Origin: Yuukianura sp. NJ FZ-2021
Taxonomy: Eukaryota
Assembly: GCA_046563655.1 (NCBI GenBank)
Contig: JAJCTO010000010.1
Coordinates: forward strand, 310,001 to 374,000
Reading direction: 5' to 3'
Length of the DNA stretch: 64,000 nt
Positions within the stretch are counted from its first letter, which is position 1; every line of letters begins with the position of its first letter. Below the pieces are notes generated by a model. That model was not told the DNA's origin. It did not search any database and was given only the letters and a program-made list of their open reading frames with translations. Shown in pieces: positions 21,260 to 30,891 of this stretch. Position numbers and translations under genes: made by a program.

Positions 21260-24200
21260 ATGGACGGGATCATTAAATTTAAGTGCGACAATTGTGGTGA
21301 CCGTTTTGATTCACAAGATTCTTATTGGGATCACGCGTTTCAACTTCATGTTTACGACCTTCGCATACCACGTCAAGGTATTTTTGAACAAAAAAAAAAA
21401 AAGATTTGAGTTGGGCACCTTTCGAGGTTATGTTACTTTGGCTAGAGTGGGAACCTCGGGACGATCAGGTTCCGGGTCCAAGTCGTCCCAGAGTAGCAGG
21501 AAGTGACGGATCTCAAGCGAGGAATTTTGGAAGTCCAGAAGAACCAATTCTTGATGCAATTTTAGAAGGGCTGCTTGATTATGAAGGTAGTAACAAGAGA
21601 AAATGACTCAATTGCATAGTCCTGAAATACAAAAAAAAATTTTTTTTTTGTAGAAGAATTGTCAGAGACTCAGCAATCGGTCATGAATGCAGACTTGTCA
21701 AACTATCGCGAGAGATTCTGTTCACACTGCGCCATCAAGTTTGAGAACGCCGGAGAGCTGGATTACCATCGGTTCGAGTTTCATCGGGAACTCTACACGG
21801 ATCATGCGGAAGGTCAACAGTGGGGAGGATCTGAAAGTCGGCTTGAGATTCGAGAAGTCCTGAGGGCTGGACGTCGCCGAAATGGCGGTGATGGTGGCAT
21901 CGTAAGAGAATTCGAAGTCGATTTGACTGAACGACTGTTTGCAGACGTGACTGGCGTGATGCGAAGTACAGCTAACGCCCTGACAATTTTGCTCGAGGGA
22001 CTTGTTCAAGAGTTTAGGGGTATGAAATTGATTGGAACCTTGATTGCAGAGATGACTAGAAGATCAAGGGACCGGCCAGGTGAAGCCGAAGTCGAACGGT
22101 TTCCATTCAACAGTTTTCTACATGGGTGTTTTCATCAAAGTATGATTCAAACTATTCTGAGGCAAATGTTCTCGAAAATGAGGTTGTCTTTGGAATCATT
22201 CATTCACCACGGTTCGGGCTGGAAGCTGAAGCGCTTCTTGCTACTTCAAGTTAGAGTTTTTGAGTTTAGGATGGACCGAGGGTCGGCTTGGATTCCAACT
22301 CCCAAAGTCATTCGCGACAAACGGTGCATCATAAATATTCGGCACAATGACGAATTCTGCTTCAAGTACGCCGTCCTGGCAGAACTGAACCCACTTTACA
22401 AGAACCCGAATGTTGACTGGTACGCCTTTACCAATCCTAGGAATTATCAGACAAATTGTGCCGAGATTGACTGGGATTGCTTAAATTTTCCGGTGACAAT
22501 CGGACAACTTGACAAGTTCCACCACTTCAACCCACAGATTGCAGTTAATGTGTTTGGCTACGAATCACGAGACGAACTTGCTCCAAGTTTGAAAGGCAAA
22601 AAGAAGATTGACATTTTCCCTCTTTATATTTGTAGAGAGAAAAGAGCAAAAAGTGTGGATTTGTTGTTACTAATCGATGGGAACAATTCTCATTACACAC
22701 TGTTGCGTCAAAGTGATTATAATCCGACGGAGGGCTTGTCTCGATCACTCGGAAAGGGTGAACGTAATTATGAAAAGTTTGTGTGTCGATTCTGTATGTG
22801 CTTCTCAACAAGTGAACGGAATTTGCAAACTCACCAAAAGTATTGTGCGTCACTGGACCTACAACGCGTCGTGTTACCAACCCAACAAATGTACACGTCG
22901 GACTTCATTGTGCAACGGCTTCCGGTGCCATATGTCATTTATTTAGACTTTGAGGCAGTTTTAGTACCTACGGATGGGATTGGTACTCGACAAATTGGTG
23001 ATGTTTATAACGAACATATTGACTGCGGCTGGTCAGTGAGTATCATTGGACCTGACGGGTTTCTTGCGGACCGTGTTGTGACATTTTGTGGTCCGAATGC
23101 TGCACTGAAGTTGATTGACGAACTCGTATCTGCTGCAGCAAAGATATATCCGATTTTGAAAAAAGATGTCGGCCGTGACCCGCGCTGGATCGAATCTGAC
23201 TATACTAATCTCCTGTCAGCTTCAACTCACTGTATCCATTGTGGTTTAGAGTTTGTGCAAGGAGTTGACACTAAGTGCATTGACCATTGCCATATTACAT
23301 CAGCAATTCGGGGAGTGAGTTGCGGTCCGTGTAACTTGAAAGCACAAGTCTGCTCATTTATTCCAGTTGTGTGTCATGGTTTTCGGCATTATGATTCAAA
23401 ATTTATTGTGCAAGCATTACGTGCTAGTACAATTAAATCTGTTGAAGTGTTGGCGAGCAGCAGCACCGAGAAGTTTACTGCGCTTCGGTTGACAACCCAT
23501 GGAGATCATGTTCTGCGAATGATTGATTCGTTTCAGTTTATTAGTGCGAGCTTAGCAGAGCAAGTCAAAATGCTTGCCAAAGAAGGAAAAGACAAATTTG
23601 GTGTGACTTGTCACCATTTTCAACAGTACGGAAGTAAAATTGAATTACTTTTAAGAAAAGGGGTTTACCCTTACAGTTACTTTGACTCCATGGAGCGATT
23701 TGATGAAACGTGTTTGCCACCTGCCGAAAAATGGAAAAGCGATTTGACTGGAAAATCCATCAGTCCTGAAGATTTGGGAACATGCGCATACGGTTTGGCG
23801 GGAATTTGGCTGTCAAACATTGAGAGATTATCACAACTTGTACGTTTCTCTTGATGTTTGCCTCCTGGCGGATTGTTTCCAGAATATGAGAAGAAGTATG
23901 CTCGAGAGTTTCCGCCTGGATCCGGCGCACTATCTCACTCTTCCAGGAATAGCATACGACGCAGCAATGTTGGCAGGAAAAGTGGAGTACGAGTATCTGG
24001 ATGAGATTGACAAGTACATGTATTTTGAACGCGGGATTCGGGGTGGAATTTGTTCTGTCGGACTACGTTATGCAAAAGCAAATAACCCTTACTTGGGGGA
24101 TTTGTATGACCCGGCGCTTCCATTGAGTTACATTTGTTACTGGGATGCAAACGCCTTGTACGCAACTTGTTTGAGGAACTACGTTCCGTGGAAAGATTTT

Positions 24201-25511
24201 GTGTGGGAAATGTCACTGGAAAACAGAACAAGAAATTTGGATAGTGTCGTGAAGATGATCATGGATTTGGAGGATTGTGGTCCGGAGGGATTAGTTTTGG
24301 AGGTAGATTTGGATTATCCGCAAGAATTGCATGATTCTCACAATGACTACCCATTAGCAGTACAGCGAAGTGAAATAACATACGATTGGCTGTCCGACTA
24401 CACAAAAGAAGTTTTGAAGAACGTGGGAGCTACACCTGGATCTTGCAAAAAAACAAAACTTTTGGGAACATTGTGTAACAAAAGAAACTACATTGTCCAT
24501 TATCGACTTTTAAAGTTGTTTTTGGAGCTTGGACTGAAACTTGTGAAGGTTCACAGAGCCATACGGTTTACACAAGCTCCATTATTTCGTGTATACACGG
24601 ACATTTGTATAACACGTCGACGCGAAGCGACGAATCCGGTGGATAAGAACTTTTACAAGGCCATGGGAAACATTTTGGCGGGAAAAGTTTACCAAAATGT
24701 CCGGAAATATAGGCGGATCAACATTGCATTATCAAGAGAGAAGATGAGAGAATACGCCCGAAAGCCAACCGTTGAGGACGTCAAAATCATTCATGATGAG
24801 TGTGTTTTGTTTGTGATGAAAAAGTTGGCTGCTAGGCTAGACAAACCTATTTTTGTTGGACAGTGCATTTTGGATGATTCCAAATGCAGAATGTACAGTT
24901 TTTACTATAAGTGGTTAAAGCCGCGATATGGAGACAACATGAGGCTGATGTATACCGATACGGATAGCTTCTTACTTCACATAAAAACGGAAGATGTTTA
25001 TGCAGATATAGCTGAAAGTGTGAGGAGGAATGAAGGCGTTTTTGACACATCAAAGTACGACAGAGGAAATGAAAAATTTGGATATTTGTGGAGTGACCAA
25101 TTTGAAGGGGTTGGTGGTTGCTTCAAGGACGAATGTGCCAACGAAGTGATTTCGGAAGCAATAGCATTGAAGCCAAAAATGTATGCAATCAAGATGTTGA
25201 AGGACGATGGGACGCAAACTCAACTGAAGAAGGCAAAAGGAACAGTTTGCTCTGTTGTCGAGAATGAATTGGATTTTGAAGATTACAAAAAAGTTTTAGA
25301 AAACGGGCGGTTCAAGTCTTGTAGTATGAATACAATTCGAAGTTTAAATCACCGTTTATATACAACTACAATGTACAAAAAAAGTTTGTCAGCATATGAA
25401 GATAAGAGTTTTTATTTGTCTCCAATTGATTCATTAAGATTTGGTCATTATAGAATTGAATTAGAAAAGAATTTGCATCAAATTGTAGACGATTTGGAAG
25501 AAGATGAATAA
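21260..25511 (+). CDS. Protein-primed family B DNA polymerase (pPolB); exons 21260-21377, 21446-21586, 21654-25511; one +1 frameshift at 23776-23778
   Basis: Motifs YLDFEA, HGFRHYDS, RKGVYPYSY, WDANALY, YTDTDS, PKMY, plus an endonuclease VII-like CIHC..DHCH..CGPCN segment and two N-terminal C2H2 fingers. Removing one G gives PEDLEHAHTVWREFGCQTLRDYH and joins the two ORFs. Confidence 0.92.
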
Positions 25512-25569
25512 AGCCAATTAGATTAAATGTCCTTCCAGTTAGTAGTTGTTTGGGGTTTGATTTGTCAAG

Positions 25570-26229
25570 ATGGAAATTCAATGTTCATTGCAGCATCCTT
25601 TTGTCATGGTGTTGGCCGGTCCTACACAAAGTGGAAAAAGTACATTGATTAAAAAAGTTTTGGAACGCATAGACGAAGTTGTTGAGCCAAAAATCAAGCG
25701 TATAATCTACTGTTATGCCGAGGATGAGCCGGATTTTGCAAAAAGTTTAAAAGGAGTTCACAGTGGAAAAGAAATTGAAATTGATTTTCGCCAAGGTATG
25801 AATCAAATTGATGTTGACATTGGAAACAAGACGCCAACTCTTGTTGTGTTGGATGACTTTATGGAAGACCTTGGATCATCCTTGGATATTTGTAGAATGG
25901 TAACTCGGGGTTCCCATCACCGTTCACTGTCTCTTATGATTACGATTCAAAATTTTTTCTTTAAAGGATGTAGGAATTTGACTTTAAATGCAAAATATGT
26001 TGCACTATTTCGAAATCCAAGGGATAAGACTATAATAAAATATTTGGGACGACAAATGAATGGCGGAAAAGCAAATTCGACGTTAGAAGAAGCATTTGAG
26101 GATGCTACAAAAAATAAGCCAAATAGCTATTTATTTTTAGATATGTCTCAAAGTCAAAATGATGAGTTTCGAATAAGATCAAATGTATTTGCAGATCCAG
26201 AATCTTGTGTAGTATATTTGAAAAAGTAA
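25570..26229 (+). CDS. A32/FtsK-like genome packaging ATPase
   Basis: Walker A GPTQSGKS, Walker B VVLDD, plus RGSHHR, ITIQN and YLFLD. Confidence 0.93.
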   Translation: MEIQCSLQHPFVMVLAGPTQSGKSTLIKKVLERIDEVVEPKIKRIIYCYAEDEPDFAKSLKGVHSGKEIEIDFRQGMNQIDVDIGNKTPTLVVLDDFMEDLGSSLDICRMVTRGSHHRSLSLMITIQNFFFKGCRNLTLNAKYVALFRNPRDKTIIKYLGRQMNGGKANSTLEEAFEDATKNKPNSYLFLDMSQSQNDEFRIRSNVFADPESCVVYLKK

Positions 26230-26235
26230 CATACC

Positions 26236-26727
26236 TTAGTTTCGTTTCAATTTTGAAAGTCCTTCTGTGAGACAATCAAATAAATGGATTGGAATCACAA
26301 CACTAGATGCAGCATCGTAAACATTTTTAATATGTAAATGTGTGAGCGGTCCTTGGTCGTTTCCTTGTTCATTGCCAATGTAGAGCTGCCAACCATCCTC
26401 CAAATTTACTCGTGGTGGTGGATGTGGTTTAGGAAATTCTTGACGAACTTCAACTACCATTGCCAAAGATGTGACTTTGCGAGGAAGTTTGGGAATACGA
26501 ACACGTTTGCGTTGCTTCTTTTCTTGGAGTTCTCCTGTGATAAGATTTGGGTTTAGGTTAAGAAAATCTTGAATTGGAGAATCCATTTCGGATGACTTTT
26601 GTTCTGTTTTGTTGAGGTTACAGTTACAAGAAAATGTTTCACAAACAGTAATTGTAGTAGTAGAATTTTTCTTGAAACAAAAATTTGCAAATGAACGCCA
26701 GAGAGAGCAAATTTGACATGAGCTCAT
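26236..26727 (-). CDS. Hypothetical protein (163 aa)
   Basis: The ORF is packed tightly between the ATPase and the integrase; no motif confidently recognised. Confidence 0.55.
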   Translation of the reverse strand: MSSCQICSLWRSFANFCFKKNSTTTITVCETFSCNCNLNKTEQKSSEMDSPIQDFLNLNPNLITGELQEKKQRKRVRIPKLPRKVTSLAMVVEVRQEFPKPHPPPRVNLEDGWQLYIGNEQGNDQGPLTHLHIKNVYDAASSVVIPIHLFDCLTEGLSKLKRN

Positions 26728-26745
26728 GTCACGGTAAAGTTAAAC

Positions 26746-27702
26746 TCAAGACTGAGGAATGCGTTGAAGTTCTTCGTTGTAAAATATTCCAAATATGTGT
26801 TCACCTTTGCCATCTTTTAACTTGTAGGTTACGGGTTGCGTATTACAAACTTCAACAATTTGAAAAATTTCTTTTGTCCAGCTTTGGGCATATCCCTTTT
26901 CAAAAATCATTTTAGTTTTACTAATTATTACGGAGTCTCCGACGTTGAAGTTAGGACGTTTGTGTTTTGCTTGGCTTTGTTTTGGTGAGTATCCGTACAA
27001 GTTTAGAAATACTTGAGTTTTTGTGTCTTCATTGACTTGATTTGGCGTACATTTGATGGAACGATGATATGTGTTGTTGTATGAATTTAAAATACTTTGC
27101 AAAACATCTAAAAATTTATTAGTCTGATTGTGTGTCATATATCTTGCCAACCTTCTCATTAATGTTTGGTTAAATCTTTCAACTATTACTGCCTTCAGTT
27201 CGGATCTAGTACTAAAGTATGAAACAGAATGTTGTTTTAAAAGTTGTTTAACATTTTGATTTAAAAACTCTTTCCCTTCATCAAATTGAATTGACTTGGG
27301 AGGGCCTCTTTTCTTAAAAATTTTTTGCAACGCGTTTGCTACTTGACTTCCAGTTTTCTTTTTTAAAGGAATGACGTCAGCGACTTTAGAAAAACCGTCA
27401 ATACAAGTTAACAAGAAGTTATGATTCGTATTCGACTCGGAATACTTTGAAATGTCGATTAGGTCAATTATATACTGATATCTAATAGACGGTATAAAAA
27501 CTTTTCGTCTATTGTATCGTTTTCTAGTAGGTTTGTGAAGAGTATAAGCTGGAAGTTGTTCTAATGCTTTTAGTACACTTCTTTTGCTGAATCCATTTTT
27601 CTTTTGAGCTTGAAAAGTTCCTTCTAATCCAGAAAATGCAAAACTTGAACGAGGATTAACGTATTCTTTACGAATTTTCTCTGTCAACTGTTTCTGTGCC
27701 AT
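26746..27702 (-). CDS. Retroviral-like DDE integrase (intronless)
   Basis: IIDLID, CIDGFSK, QFDEGKEF, VERFNQTL, FEKGY..WTKEIF and FYNEELQ. Confidence 0.95.
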   Translation of the reverse strand: MAQKQLTEKIRKEYVNPRSSFAFSGLEGTFQAQKKNGFSKRSVLKALEQLPAYTLHKPTRKRYNRRKVFIPSIRYQYIIDLIDISKYSESNTNHNFLLTCIDGFSKVADVIPLKKKTGSQVANALQKIFKKRGPPKSIQFDEGKEFLNQNVKQLLKQHSVSYFSTRSELKAVIVERFNQTLMRRLARYMTHNQTNKFLDVLQSILNSYNNTYHRSIKCTPNQVNEDTKTQVFLNLYGYSPKQSQAKHKRPNFNVGDSVIISKTKMIFEKGYAQSWTKEIFQIVEVCNTQPVTYKLKDGKGEHIFGIFYNEELQRIPQS

Positions 27703-27849
27703 TGTACAGATTAAGTCTGGCTACAAGAATTGGAGATGCAACAGTATATATCGTGGAGGTATATAAACGAGGTTAATCATTTGAAGTCTCAACATGAAAC
27801 TGTTCACACCACGTACAAAACAAGGCCGTGTTGTTGTTGTTGGATCATC

Positions 27850-28185
27850 ATGTCTACAACTGTGAAAGAAAATTCTGATTTTTTGAGATATCTAATCAAG
27901 TGTTCACCCCAACAAAGAAAAGCGTTAATTAAATATGCGAGTAGTGGTGAAGTCAAAAGTATTTGTGAATGTGTTTTGAATATATATAAAAAAAATGTTG
28001 GACTAAAAAAGTCGACAATTAAAAAATTACGTCCATTCAAAAGAGCAATACTTTCAATTGTCAAGAGAAGAGGTTCATCGTTGGTCAAAAAGAAAAAACT
28101 TTTGTCTCAAAAGGGTGGTGCAATAATTCCTTTAATTTTAGGATCCATGATTCCAAGCGTTTTATCAGCAATTTTACAAAAATGA
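27850..28185 (+). CDS. Basic virion-associated protein with a C-terminal amphipathic peptide after QKGG
   Basis: SICECVLNI..LLSQKGG|AIIPLILGSMIPSVLSAIL, a protein type commonly seen in Polintons. Start taken at the ATG at 27850. Confidence 0.7.
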   Translation: MSTTVKENSDFLRYLIKCSPQQRKALIKYASSGEVKSICECVLNIYKKNVGLKKSTIKKLRPFKRAILSIVKRRGSSLVKKKKLLSQKGGAIIPLILGSMIPSVLSAILQK

Positions 28186-29195
28186 AACGAATGCGTCTAA
28201 TTTCCGAATTAGACTACAAGAACCTATACGAAGAACCAAAAAAAGAAAAAAGTTCCCTTGAGTCATTAAAGACTGCTTATGGAAATGAAGATTTGGAACA
28301 CAAGAAGCAAACAATTTTATCTGTTGACGATGTACCAGATGACATCAAAGCTCTGTTGTATTATGATTTTTCTCGTCGACTATTACAAAAACAAAAACTT
28401 TTGTCAAATCGTCCAGTTTTAGTAAAATCTGTTTCTCCAGCAAATCCAAATTTGACATCAAACTATCCAAACAGCAATAGTAACAACCAATCCAACTTGT
28501 TACAAAAAATTGAGTATGTTACTGAACCATACATTTTAAAACAAGTACCAGGAAAGGATGCTAAAAAGTTTGTAAACTTTATGAAATTGAGTAATATTAG
28601 TTGGAATTCGGATTTGGAAATTTTAATTGATAATCAGCGTATTCCTTCTTCAAATATCATCAATGTCCTCTCCCAGTTTATTTCATTTAAAAAGAAAAAT
28701 TTATCAGAAAGGCAAAAACAAAATTTACTTTTCAATGTACCAGTGGGATGGAATGAAGTTAATGAACATTTACAAAAATTTGAAGAAGTACAAACCCCTC
28801 CTCAAACTGTACGGAGAATTCTTGAAAAAGTACCAAAAGGAGAAGGTGGTTCTGGTGGTTTTGGTGCTGATGTTGGTGGTAGTAGCAGAAACAAGAATTT
28901 AACTACTACAACATTTACCAGTGAACCAACAACACCCCTTTCATCACTTTTTAAAGGAGATTCTGAAACAAATACGGATGTGGATGATGTCGAAAGTAAT
29001 ACATTTGGTACACCACCAACCATGTCTCCAGAACAACATGAAAAAGCTGTAAAATCATCTCCACTCAAATCTCTTCCAATCAAAGAGAGATTAAGAAAAC
29101 GAGACCGAAACATTACAACTACAAACGAAAATTCCAAAAGTAAAAAAATTGTCAAAAAACAACTTGCCAAAAGTTGGGAAGCATATAGAAAGTGA
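28182..29195 (+). CDS. Polinton hypothetical protein (337 aa)
   Basis: ATGA overlap with the upstream gene; ISWN..EI.ID..IPSSNIINVL motif; Ser/Thr/Pro-rich and basic tail. Confidence 0.75.
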   Translation: MKRMRLISELDYKNLYEEPKKEKSSLESLKTAYGNEDLEHKKQTILSVDDVPDDIKALLYYDFSRRLLQKQKLLSNRPVLVKSVSPANPNLTSNYPNSNSNNQSNLLQKIEYVTEPYILKQVPGKDAKKFVNFMKLSNISWNSDLEILIDNQRIPSSNIINVLSQFISFKKKNLSERQKQNLLFNVPVGWNEVNEHLQKFEEVQTPPQTVRRILEKVPKGEGGSGGFGADVGGSSRNKNLTTTTFTSEPTTPLSSLFKGDSETNTDVDDVESNTFGTPPTMSPEQHEKAVKSSPLKSLPIKERLRKRDRNITTTNENSKSKKIVKKQLAKSWEAYRK

Positions 29196-29273
29196 AGTTT
29201 TTTCTTCTCTCATAAAATCCCTACTTCATGTGTGCAGGGATGCGCGCGCGCGCGGTCCCTGCTTTATCATGGT

Positions 29274-29509
29274 GGGTTTTAAACCCAACAATGCTACGCG
29301 GGGTGTTAGCCCCTGCTGACCACGTGGATTTGAGCCCTGCGTGCAACTTGGGTTTAAGCCCTGCGTGCAACTTGAGTTTAAGCCCTGCGTGCAACTTGGG
29401 TTTAAGCCCAGCGTGCAACTTGGGTTTAAGCCCTGCGTGCAACTTGGGTTTAAGCCCTGCGTACAACATGGGCTTTACACCTGCGTGCAACCCGGGGTTT
29501 AAACCCCCG
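29274..29509. repeat. 24-bp minisatellite with a quasi-palindromic core
   Basis: About 7 copies of GCCCTGCGTGCAACTTGGGTTTAA, bounded by GGGTTTTAAACCC and GGGGTTTAAACCCC. Confidence 0.9.
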
Positions 29510-29621
29510 CTTCCTCCCCCCACCCAAACTCTAGTTTATTTAATTCACAAGTAAACGTTGTATTTTATCTTAGTGTGATTTTATATTTCATCAAATAAAC
29601 ACGTGTCATCACAAAAAAAAA

Positions 29622-30422
29622 ATGGCGCATCAACAACGTGATACCTCATTTTTTGTAACATTACAATCAAACGCATGTATGGATTTATTTCCAGATAATA
29701 AAATTTCAAATTTCAAAAACCGTCTTTCTACAACAATCTCTCTCCCAGCTGGGCAATGGGAAGTTGCGCTTACAGAAATCTCATATACATTTGGAAATGC
29801 AATAATACATTCTGGTGACGTGTTATTTTCAACTTTCAAAAAAAGTGAAGACGAGTCTGTGTCGTCGTTACAAACATATATCTGCAGCAGAAACATTACA
29901 AGTGAACAGGAACTGTTACAAGAACTGTCATCTGCTCTAAACGGAGCTACTTTTGAAATTAGAAACCACATTTTCTATTATCAATTTCCATTGCTACATG
30001 AAGGAATTATAGTTTCACAAAAATTGGTTGATATTCTTGGTTTACCTAAAGCAGATCTTTCTGTAAGAAGTAATGCAAAAGCTACAGAAAAACTTTTTCT
30101 ACAAAAACCTTTTCAACTCAAAGGTCAAGGAACAATGCCCGTCTTTTTTAATACTGGAAATACAAAAATGTTTGTATACTGCAACCTTATTAAACCACAA
30201 TTTGTTGGAGATGTACTAGTACAGTGTCTGCGGGTTGTCAATTATGATGGACACATACGACGTCAAGTTGTTAATGAATTTTCACATCCATATTTTTTGT
30301 ACCTCGCCGTAAGTGAGTTTGATACTGTCAAAATCTATTTATTAAATGAAGTAGGAGAAAATCTGGCATTACAATTTGGAAACGTGACGGCGACGCTTCG
30401 CTTCCGTCAACGAAAATATTAA
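29622..30422 (+). CDS. Minor capsid protein (penton-like, single jelly-roll)
   Basis: FFVTLQSNACMDLFPDNKISNF..WEVALTEISY and MFVYCNLIKPQFVGDVLVQCLRVV..TLRFR. Confidence 0.92.
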   Translation: MAHQQRDTSFFVTLQSNACMDLFPDNKISNFKNRLSTTISLPAGQWEVALTEISYTFGNAIIHSGDVLFSTFKKSEDESVSSLQTYICSRNITSEQELLQELSSALNGATFEIRNHIFYYQFPLLHEGIIVSQKLVDILGLPKADLSVRSNAKATEKLFLQKPFQLKGQGTMPVFFNTGNTKMFVYCNLIKPQFVGDVLVQCLRVVNYDGHIRRQVVNEFSHPYFLYLAVSEFDTVKIYLLNEVGENLALQFGNVTATLRFRQRKY

Positions 30423-30434
30423 GAGCAAAAAAAA

Positions 30435-30881
30435 ATGAGAGCCTTAGTTCCATACAATTGCGCTAGAGATGGCGCTGAAAATTTCTTCAAATTTTCAACA
30501 CATCTCAATCCTTCTTTTCATCAAATTGGTTATGGATCCCCCATATTTTTTAGTGGAGTACGAAGACAAAGGGGAGCCGGGTTGGGAGCTGTGCTAGGTA
30601 CATTTGCAAGGAGGCTAGTACCATTTTTAAAAAAATATATCGCTCCGCATGCATTGACGGCAGCGCGTGCAGTGGCATCTGATCTAATTGAACGTAAACG
30701 TCCATTTTCTGAATCACTTCGTTCTCACGGAATAGATGCTCTTAAAGAAGCAGGGCGGGACTTGCTTAATCAGACGGGATCTGGACGGCGAATCACAAAG
30801 AAGCATAGAAAACGAAAGAAAAAGAAAAAGAAAAAAGTTGCCAAAAAAGCAAAAGCTTCCAAACTCAGATACCTCTTTTAA
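30435..30881 (+). CDS. Putative core/DNA-condensing protein
   Basis: QIGYG, QRGAGLGAVLG and QTGSG motifs with a very basic C-terminal tail; located between mCP and MCP. Confidence 0.8.
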   Translation: MRALVPYNCARDGAENFFKFSTHLNPSFHQIGYGSPIFFSGVRRQRGAGLGAVLGTFARRLVPFLKKYIAPHALTAARAVASDLIERKRPFSESLRSHGIDALKEAGRDLLNQTGSGRRITKKHRKRKKKKKKKVAKKAKASKLRYLF

Positions 30882-30891
30882 CAAAAAAAAA

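Noticed and set aside
23773..23779. TTTGGGA as a programmed -1 slippery site
   Set aside because: Joining the pPolB ORFs needs a +1 shift, so an indel is the simpler explanation.
29221..29554. ORFs with HAGLKPKL or SPACNLGL repeats, or a CRISPR-like array
   Set aside because: These are translations of a 24-bp tandem minisatellite. There are no unique spacers or cas genes, and the context is eukaryotic.
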